NCBI GenBank assembly: GCA_030706745.1
Contig: JAUZNX010000009.1
Span: forward strand, 58,740 to 122,739
Reading direction: 5' to 3'
DNA: 64,000 nucleotides
Origin: Bacteroidota bacterium
GTDB taxonomy: Bacteria; Bacteroidota; Ignavibacteria; Palsa-1295
Part shown: positions 57,237-64,000 of the stretch, in pieces
How positions within the stretch are numbered: position 1 is the stretch's first letter
Layout of the letters: each line of letters begins with the position of its first letter
Position numbers and translations under genes: made by a program
The notes under the pieces: generated by a model
What the model saw: the letters and a program-made list of their open reading frames with translations, nothing else
Databases searched by the model: none
What the model was told of the DNA's origin: nothing

Positions 57237-59831
57237 ATGACTGAATCCCTTCATCCCTCGTCTTTCATACCTCAACCTTCAAGCACCATTCCACGTATTT
57301 CCGCGCGATATGCATGCGTCGCGCTTTCGCTTCCGTTCAAATTCTATTCGGGTGGCTCGGATGGACTCTGGTACGCAATTCCACCTGAACTCTCCGAACT
57401 AGCTCATCCGGGCTCGCGCGCGCTCGCTCCACTTGGTAAGCGCGAGAAGACCGGCGTCATTGTCGCAGTCGCTACGGAAGCACCCGATATTTCGTCGAGA
57501 CTTCGTCCAATCATCGATGTGCTGGACTCCGAACCGGTGTTCGACTCAGAATTTCTCGCATGGACCAAGTGGGTTGCAGCATATTACCTGACGTCATGGG
57601 GTGAAGTGCTTGCCGCCGCTCTTCCCGAGGGACTCAAGCCGGAATCGCGAAGCCGAGCGGTGGCGATTTACAACGCAGATTACGCTTTCCAACTTGACCG
57701 AGCGCCTCGCCGCAAGGAGATATTCGAGGTAATTGCCGGCCACGCAGATGGCATTTCTGTTCAGCGACTACAGCAGCAATTGCAGAGACACAGTCTTTAT
57801 GCCTCCTTGAATGCACTCGAACGTGATGGCCTCATTCGCATCGAACGTCCGCTCACGTCGCGCGCATCCGTTCGCAAAGAGGCTGTGGCCTCGCTTGCAA
57901 TTGAAGTCGGCTCCGCTGAGTTGTCCTTACAGCTCACGACAATCGAACGACAAGCGCCGAAGCAAGCCAGCCTGTTAATGGCATTGATCGATGAAACACG
58001 TCGTGAATCTCCTGTGCCCGTCAAACGACTCCTTAAGCGAGTGAATAGTAGTAAGGCTACATTCGATGCGCTCGTCGAGAAGGGAATCGTCTTAGCAGGA
58101 TCGCGCGAGATTCTTGGATCTACTTCGTCCGCTAGGTCCACCGAGTCCACGGACGACATTTCGAAGCTTCGGCTGACGCTCGAACAATCGGAGGCTGTCG
58201 GACAAATCCGCATCGCACTCGAGGAGGCCAAAGCGAGGACCTTTCTATTGCATGGCGTAACGGGTTCGGGCAAAACCGAAGTCTATATTGCGCTTGCTCG
58301 CCAGGTGCTTGATGTCGATGGCGGTGTGTTGATCCTCGTGCCAGAAATCGCGCTGACGCCGCAGCTGATCGATCGTTTTCGCAGAAGACTCTCGCTTGGG
58401 GATAGCGATGAAATCGCCGTGCTCCACTCGCGGATGTCAACCACCGACCGCTTTGCAGCCTGGCGCTCCCTTGCGTCGGGACGAATCAAGCTTGCCATCG
58501 GTGCTCGCAGCGCTGTGTTCGCGCCCATCCGTAACCTTCGACTCATGATCGTCGATGAAGAGCACGAAGCGACCTACAAGCAATACGACAAGACCCCGCG
58601 CTATCACGCCCGCGACATCGCCGTGATGCGCGCTGCACGATTGAACGCCGTCACGGTCCTTGGCAGCGCAACACCGGCGATCGAATCGTACTATAATGCA
58701 CGACAGGGCAAATACGAATTGCTACACCTTCGTGAGCGGGCCAAACAGGCGGCACTCCCTTCGGTGCGTGTCGTCGACTTGCGTACCGCTGAGAATCGCC
58801 GCGATTTCGCAAAAGCACGCTCATCGGTAACCCCTGAATTGCGCGAGGCGATTAAAATACGTCTCGAGCGTAAAGAAGGCATCGTCCTGCTGCAAAACCG
58901 TCGGGGATTCTCGACCTACCTCGAGTGCATTGCCTGCGGCGAGCCGGAAATGTGTCCAAACTGTGCGGTCACGCTGACATATCACCGCGCCCGCGACCAG
59001 ATGCGCTGCCATTATTGCGGACACACCGCCCAAAAGCGAGCAACATGTTCAACATGCGGCAAAGAATCCATGCGACTTGGCGGCATGGGCACCGAGCGAG
59101 TGGAAGATGATATTCGCAAGGCATTTCCAGAAGCACGGCTGCTGCGAATGGACTTGGACACGACCGCGCGCAAAGGCGCATATCGTAAGATCCTTACAGC
59201 ATTCGCAAATGGCGAGGCCGACATTCTGCTCGGCACCCAGATGGTCGCGAAGGGACTCGACTTTCCGCGTGTCACACTCGTCGGTGTTGTGAGCGCCGAT
59301 ACCAGCCTTTGCATTCCGGATTTTCGTTCGGCCGAACGCACGTTCCAGTTGCTCACACAAGTTTCCGGCCGCGCTGGGCGCAGCATGGAGTTGGCAGGTG
59401 AAGTCCTAATACAAACTTTGCAGCCCGCGCATCCGGCCATTGCCCTTTCGGTCGCACATGATTATGAAGCGTTTTATAATCTCGAGCTCGCCGACCGCAC
59501 GAGTCTGCGCTATCCGCCGCTGAGTCGGCTCATCCTCATCGAATTTCGCGGTGAGAAAGAAGCAGAAGTCCGCGACCGCGCCGAGAAATTCGCAACGCTT
59601 TTGCCTGAGCGCGCGGCATATTACGAACGAATTGGTCCGGCACCACCGGCGATCACCAAACTCCGAGGCGAGTACCGCTGGCACCTCATCATCAAGAATT
59701 TCAAATCACACGATGCCAACGGCGAGCGCATTCGTCGGCTCATCATGGGCGCGCTCGAACAATATCAAAAGCGATTCGCCTCGCGCGATGTGAAGGTCAT
59801 CGTTGATGTCGATGTGCAGGGGGTGGCATAA
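57237..59831 (+). CDS. priA: Primosomal protein N'
   Basis: GVTGSGKTEVY, PEIALT, DEEH, SATP, paired CxxC motifs, GTQMVAKG.DFP, QVSGRAGR. Confidence 0.97.
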   Translation: MTESLHPSSFIPQPSSTIPRISARYACVALSLPFKFYSGGSDGLWYAIPPELSELAHPGSRALAPLGKREKTGVIVAVATEAPDISSRLRPIIDVLDSEPVFDSEFLAWTKWVAAYYLTSWGEVLAAALPEGLKPESRSRAVAIYNADYAFQLDRAPRRKEIFEVIAGHADGISVQRLQQQLQRHSLYASLNALERDGLIRIERPLTSRASVRKEAVASLAIEVGSAELSLQLTTIERQAPKQASLLMALIDETRRESPVPVKRLLKRVNSSKATFDALVEKGIVLAGSREILGSTSSARSTESTDDISKLRLTLEQSEAVGQIRIALEEAKARTFLLHGVTGSGKTEVYIALARQVLDVDGGVLILVPEIALTPQLIDRFRRRLSLGDSDEIAVLHSRMSTTDRFAAWRSLASGRIKLAIGARSAVFAPIRNLRLMIVDEEHEATYKQYDKTPRYHARDIAVMRAARLNAVTVLGSATPAIESYYNARQGKYELLHLRERAKQAALPSVRVVDLRTAENRRDFAKARSSVTPELREAIKIRLERKEGIVLLQNRRGFSTYLECIACGEPEMCPNCAVTLTYHRARDQMRCHYCGHTAQKRATCSTCGKESMRLGGMGTERVEDDIRKAFPEARLLRMDLDTTARKGAYRKILTAFANGEADILLGTQMVAKGLDFPRVTLVGVVSADTSLCIPDFRSAERTFQLLTQVSGRAGRSMELAGEVLIQTLQPAHPAIALSVAHDYEAFYNLELADRTSLRYPPLSRLILIEFRGEKEAEVRDRAEKFATLLPERAAYYERIGPAPPAITKLRGEYRWHLIIKNFKSHDANGERIRRLIMGALEQYQKRFASRDVKVIVDVDVQGVA

Positions 59832-59832
59832 G

Positions 59833-60531
59833 TCAAAGATATTCCCCCGCCGTCAGCCGCCCCAACTGCGGTTCATAGACAGCGGCGATGTCGAACAAGA
59901 TGCGGGAAATTGCTTCGGGTGTCGGGTGCTGTGTGATGTCTTCGTCCGGATAAGCAGCACGTCGCATGTCCGTTTGCATCGCGCCGGGATCGAACGCATG
60001 AACACGGATGCCTCTGTCTCGCACTTCCTCGCGCAGTACTTGCGTAAAACCTTCGAGCGCGAATTTGCTCGCTGCATACGCGCCCCACGTTGCTTTGCCC
60101 TTGACTCCGGCACCGCTCGAAACATTAACGATTACTCCGCTCCTTGTCTCCAGCATCGGACGCAGTACAGCCTTTGCAAAGTAAAATGCCCCGTTCAAAT
60201 TGATGTCAACGACTTCCCGCCACGTCTCGTCTGGATAGGCCTTAATCTCCTCCTTTGGCCCAAGAATGCTGGCATTGTTAACTAATACATCTACTCTCGA
60301 CCACCGTCCCAACACGCGTTCAATAAAGCCACGGACGGCATTGGCATCCGAGACATCGAGGGCCTGCGTCAGCAGATTGGTACTCGGTAGCTCGGCTTCG
60401 AGCATGGCCAAATCGGCCTCATCGCGAGCGCATGTAGCGACAGACCAGCCTTCTGCGAGCCATTTGCGAACAGAGGCTCGGCCCAAGCCGTGGGTTCCAC
60501 CGGTAATAATGACGACCGATTCCATTGCCAC
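59833..60531 (-). CDS. Short-chain dehydrogenase/reductase
   Basis: TGGTHGLG, NNAS, YAASK, DPGAMQTDMR. Confidence 0.9.
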   Translation of the reverse strand: MAMESVVIITGGTHGLGRASVRKWLAEGWSVATCARDEADLAMLEAELPSTNLLTQALDVSDANAVRGFIERVLGRWSRVDVLVNNASILGPKEEIKAYPDETWREVVDINLNGAFYFAKAVLRPMLETRSGVIVNVSSGAGVKGKATWGAYAASKFALEGFTQVLREEVRDRGIRVHAFDPGAMQTDMRRAAYPDEDITQHPTPEAISRILFDIAAVYEPQLGRLTAGEYL

Positions 60532-60571
60532 TTAAACCTTGCCACTGTCGTTTTCGTCCGTTGCATAAATC

Positions 60572-61930
60572 ATGATTCGCCGCCTCTACAAAGAATATCG
60601 GCTCCAAATCGGCTTCGCGTTTCTTCTCGTTGTCTTCGAGAACGTCGCGTATATTGCCGAGCCGTACGTCTTTGGCAAAGCGATCGATGGGTTACGCGAG
60701 GCACACCGCGTTGAGGAGGAAGTAGATTCCAGCATGACGGGCCTGCAGCTACGGCAAGTTGCAGATTCCGTCCGGCAGCATGTACTCGATTCGCTCAGAA
60801 TCCTCGACTCCATCCGTCAGCGGGATTCTGCGGCTATCTCCGGTCTCCAAGAACATGCCCTCTTCCACTACGCCGCCTATCGGACGGATCCCGCCGATTT
60901 GGCCTATGCTTCATACCGCTTCATTGCCCACAAGAAAGCGCGAGCCGATACAGTAGAAGTGCAGCTTCCCCCGGTGGGCACTCCCGAGCGTGCGACCATT
61001 GATAGCATGAAGCGCGTGCTCGCAAAGCGGGACTCGATCCGCAGCCGGCGCCGGCACTCGCTACTGAAAATGCCGCGCGAAGCCGCGCGCGATTCCTTGC
61101 GGCGCGAATTCAAGGCCAGTAAGTCTCCCGGTCCAGGCAAGCCGGCTGGAACTCAGCCGCCGACGAATGACCGGCCACTGTCATTCTATGTCACGCGTGA
61201 AGTCGGGCCGTTTATTCCACCGCTGATTCCGTGGATCGTGCTCTTCCTCGTCAATTCCAGCCTCGGCGCGTTCCGGCGGTTGTATGACACAAGAATTTAC
61301 ACGCGCATGTTCGCGAATCTCTCGAGCGATGTTGTCGCCCGGCAGCTTGCGCAGGGTGAGGACCTTTCGAAAGTCGCCGCCCGAAGTTCGATGGCCTGGC
61401 ACAATATCGAGTTCTTCCAGTACAACGTACCGGAGTTTTTGGAGCAACTCATCGCTGTCGGCGGTGCTGTGATCGCGCTCGGTCTCTTCGACTGGCGGCT
61501 CACGCTCGTCGGGAGCATCCTCATCGTATTGGTACTCATCGGTAGCCGGTATTATATGCGAGCGCTACAGCGGATCCAAAGCAAGCTGCACGATTGGTAC
61601 GAGGAAGAATATAATATTTTCTCGACCCGTGAACCGGGCAAGATTCGGCAGTACTACTCCGACATTTCGGAGCTGGAAATCAAGTACTCCACTCGCTCGA
61701 CTTTCAGCTATAGCGTCATCCGTGTCTTCTTGCTTTTCATGTTTCTGACGACGCTCTATATCTCGATCGATCTCGACCGATTCACGATTGGCGCCCTCTA
61801 CTCAATCGTCGCCTATGTTTGGAGTTTCGTCACTGCCACGGAATATATCCCCTATCTCTCCGAGAAGTGGGTTGAGCTGAAAGATGCTTCCCGCCGGATT
61901 ACCGACACGGTCCCCGTAGAAGCAGCCTAA
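60572..61930 (+). CDS. ABC six-transmembrane-domain protein with large inserted loop, no ATPase domain
   Basis: EPYVFGKAID, RRLYDTRIYTR, multiple TMs; about 170-aa hydrophilic insert after TM1. Confidence 0.7.
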   Translation: MIRRLYKEYRLQIGFAFLLVVFENVAYIAEPYVFGKAIDGLREAHRVEEEVDSSMTGLQLRQVADSVRQHVLDSLRILDSIRQRDSAAISGLQEHALFHYAAYRTDPADLAYASYRFIAHKKARADTVEVQLPPVGTPERATIDSMKRVLAKRDSIRSRRRHSLLKMPREAARDSLRREFKASKSPGPGKPAGTQPPTNDRPLSFYVTREVGPFIPPLIPWIVLFLVNSSLGAFRRLYDTRIYTRMFANLSSDVVARQLAQGEDLSKVAARSSMAWHNIEFFQYNVPEFLEQLIAVGGAVIALGLFDWRLTLVGSILIVLVLIGSRYYMRALQRIQSKLHDWYEEEYNIFSTREPGKIRQYYSDISELEIKYSTRSTFSYSVIRVFLLFMFLTTLYISIDLDRFTIGALYSIVAYVWSFVTATEYIPYLSEKWVELKDASRRITDTVPVEAA

Positions 61931-62011
61931 GAAACTTGCGCGGTATCATGGAACATTCGCCTGGGTCCACTCGTATTGCATTGGTATCAATATAATTGGC
62001 ATCCATCCAAC

Positions 62012-62476
62012 ATGAATCATCCGGTTACTGACATTCTGAATGGCTTTCGAGTCATGGTGCATGCGCTCCAGGCTGGATCGCGAAGTTCCGAAGAAAAGCA
62101 CGGGATCACGGGCGCGCAGCTCTTTGTGCTCGAAAAACTTCGAGAAGCGCGCTCCCTGACTGTCAGCGAACTTGCCGCCCGAACGCATACCCATCAAAGT
62201 ACCGTATCGGTCGTCGTCTCGAAATTGGTCGAGAAGGGACTTGTCGCCCGAGAACGTTCAGAAAAGGATGCACGGGTGCAAATGCTTTCCATCACAACTC
62301 GCGGACGCGAGGTTTTGCGGCGAACGCCAGAAACCGTGCAAGACCGCTTGGTCGCCGCCATTGGCGAATTGACCGAGTCCGAACAGACTCGCTTGCATAG
62401 CTTGCTGAGCAAAGTCCTGGCTGGTGCGGGACTTGCGGATGTCCAGCCCGCCCTCTTTCTCGAAACTCGGCAGTGA
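62012..62476 (+). CDS. MarR-family regulator
   Basis: ITGAQLFVL, VSELA...HQSTVSVVVSKLVEKGLV.R...DAR. Confidence 0.9.
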   Translation: MNHPVTDILNGFRVMVHALQAGSRSSEEKHGITGAQLFVLEKLREARSLTVSELAARTHTHQSTVSVVVSKLVEKGLVARERSEKDARVQMLSITTRGREVLRRTPETVQDRLVAAIGELTESEQTRLHSLLSKVLAGAGLADVQPALFLETRQ

Positions 62477-62493
62477 GCCGACAAACTCAACGC

Positions 62494-64000
62494 ATGAAAG
62501 GTAATCAAGATAGATTCTCGAAATTCAAAACGCCGATTGGCGAGTCAGTCCAAGACAAACGGCTCTTGCCGATCACAGGTCTCGCCCTGGTGATCGGTCT
62601 CTCGGCCGGTGTCGTTTCGCAAATCGTGACGGCGATGATCGGATTCGTCACCAATCTCTCGTTCTTCGGGCGGGCTTCGACTCACTTTTCGTCGCCATCG
62701 GAAAATCATATTGGGCTCTGGGTCCTGGTCGTCCCGGTTGTCGGTGGCATCATCGTGGGCATCATGGCGCGCTATGGATCGAAGGCGATTCGCGGTCATG
62801 GTATACCGGAAGCCATGGAGCAAGTGCTGCTGAACCAGAGTCGCATTCCTCCCCGCATCACGATTCTCAAGCCGCTTTCGGCTGCTATCTCGATCGGCAC
62901 CGGTGGACCGTTCGGCGCGGAAGGTCCAATCATCTCTACCGGCGGCGCAATGGGATCGCTGATGGGTCAGTTGCTCCGCACGACGGCTGACGAGCGCAAG
63001 GTACTGCTCGCCGCGGGCGCGGCAGCGGGTATGTCCGCAATCTTCGGTGCGCCGGTCTCGGCGGTACTACTGGCGATTGAATTGTTGCTGTTCGAATTCC
63101 GGAGCCGCTCGTTTATTCCCGTAGCGATTGCCAGCGTTGCCGCAACTGCTGTACGCGTGTTCTTTGAGGGACTCAAGCCGAGCTTCAGCATGCCGATCCT
63201 CCCAACCCCAACGGAAGGTGCGATCGTCACGTATGTACTCATCGGTGCGGCGACGGGCCTTGCGTCCGTCTGGATCACGCGAGCGGTCTACTGGATCGAG
63301 GATGGGTTCGAAAAACTGCCCGTCCACTGGATGTGGTGGCCAGCCATTGGTGGCGTGGCCGTTGGAGTGATCGGCTACTTTGTGCCGCGCACGCTGGGCG
63401 TCGGATATGACAACATTTCCGGCTTCCTAAGCGGCACATTCACGACAGAGACGCTGCTCTTGCTTTGCGCGTTCAAATTCCTGAGTTGGTCGATTGCGCT
63501 TGGCAGCGGTACCTCTGGCGGCACGCTTGCACCGCTATTTACCATTGGTGGCGCACTTGGCTCTGCAATGGCAGCCGGTATTCACATCGTCTTTCCCGGC
63601 ATTCAGATCGATTTGCGGATGGCGGGTCTCATCGGCATGGCGGCAATGTTCGCTGGCGCATCGCGAGCATTGCTGGCGTCGGTCGTCTTTGCATTCGAGA
63701 CGACTCTGCAATCATCCGGCCTCCTGCCACTCCTGGGCGGATGCTCCGCCGCGTATCTCATCTCGACAACGATGATGAAGCATACGATCATGACCGAGAA
63801 GATCGCGCGGCGCGGGTTACGAGTCCCGTCCGATTATGGTCCCGACCATCTGGCGCGCACGTTGGTCCGCGACCGGCTTTCGCGGACCGTCGCGACCGTC
63901 TCCGCAAGTCAGACCATTGCCGAGATTCGGGCCTGGTGCCGTACATACGCGCTCGGCTCCGAACATGGTGGATTCCCCGTCCTGGACGAACATGGCGAAC
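62494..64000 (+). CDS. ClC-family chloride channel protein, truncated by window end (absent from ORF track)
   Basis: Translated by hand from ATG 62494: GHGIPEAME, GTGGPFGAEGPII, GTSGGTLAP. Confidence 0.9.
   Translation, partial: MKGNQDRFSKFKTPIGESVQDKRLLPITGLALVIGLSAGVVSQIVTAMIGFVTNLSFFGRASTHFSSPSENHIGLWVLVVPVVGGIIVGIMARYGSKAIRGHGIPEAMEQVLLNQSRIPPRITILKPLSAAISIGTGGPFGAEGPIISTGGAMGSLMGQLLRTTADERKVLLAAGAAAGMSAIFGAPVSAVLLAIELLLFEFRSRSFIPVAIASVAATAVRVFFEGLKPSFSMPILPTPTEGAIVTYVLIGAATGLASVWITRAVYWIEDGFEKLPVHWMWWPAIGGVAVGVIGYFVPRTLGVGYDNISGFLSGTFTTETLLLLCAFKFLSWSIALGSGTSGGTLAPLFTIGGALGSAMAAGIHIVFPGIQIDLRMAGLIGMAAMFAGASRALLASVVFAFETTLQSSGLLPLLGGCSAAYLISTTMMKHTIMTEKIARRGLRVPSDYGPDHLARTLVRDRLSRTVATVSASQTIAEIRAWCRTYALGSEHGGFPVLDEHGE

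Noticed and set aside
1-64000. Reverse-transcriptase systems (retron, DGR, group II intron), rRNA, intact transposases
   Set aside because: No RT, rRNA or transposase motifs recognised anywhere in the window

Overview
This window is mostly housekeeping chromosome from an FCB-group bacterium, probably Bacteroidota/Kapabacteria-like. That placement is inferred from a short primary sigma-70 lacking region 1.1, TAnnTTTG promoter boxes and two T9SS-tailed secreted proteins. Core genes include rpoD, cbpA, lipB, ymdB-folD-nadK, rplM-rpsI-rpsB-tsf, guaA, a haem cluster (hemE, hemF, hemH, hemY/G, hemB, hemL), tRNA-Phe, prmC, lysC, birA-coaX and priA. A ClC channel gene runs off the right end and is not in the ORF track. 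Non-coding features read by eye are a probable 6S RNA, an rpsB leader, three copies of a palindromic REP/RPE-like element and many degenerate 7-mer/9-mer arrays. There is also an AT-rich repeat shared by two divergent intergenic regions 49 kb apart, and a 13-bp perfect inverted-repeat pair upstream of an ECF sigma gene. The most interesting accessory block is 36.1-48.8 kb. It holds a structured non-coding stretch resembling an orphan IS110/IS1111 non-coding end, and a DUF4062-NACHT-TPR (NLR-like) gene beside tRNA-Phe. It also holds a co-oriented envelope redox cluster (Tat Rieske, CxxCH-bearing outer-membrane barrel, Ig-like/cytochrome c lipoprotein, YceI, small membrane protein, Tat-exported PLP enzyme) and an ECF sigma coupled to a TM-linker-beta-rich partner. 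All family names come from motif recognition, not database searches. Several start codons were moved from the ORF track.
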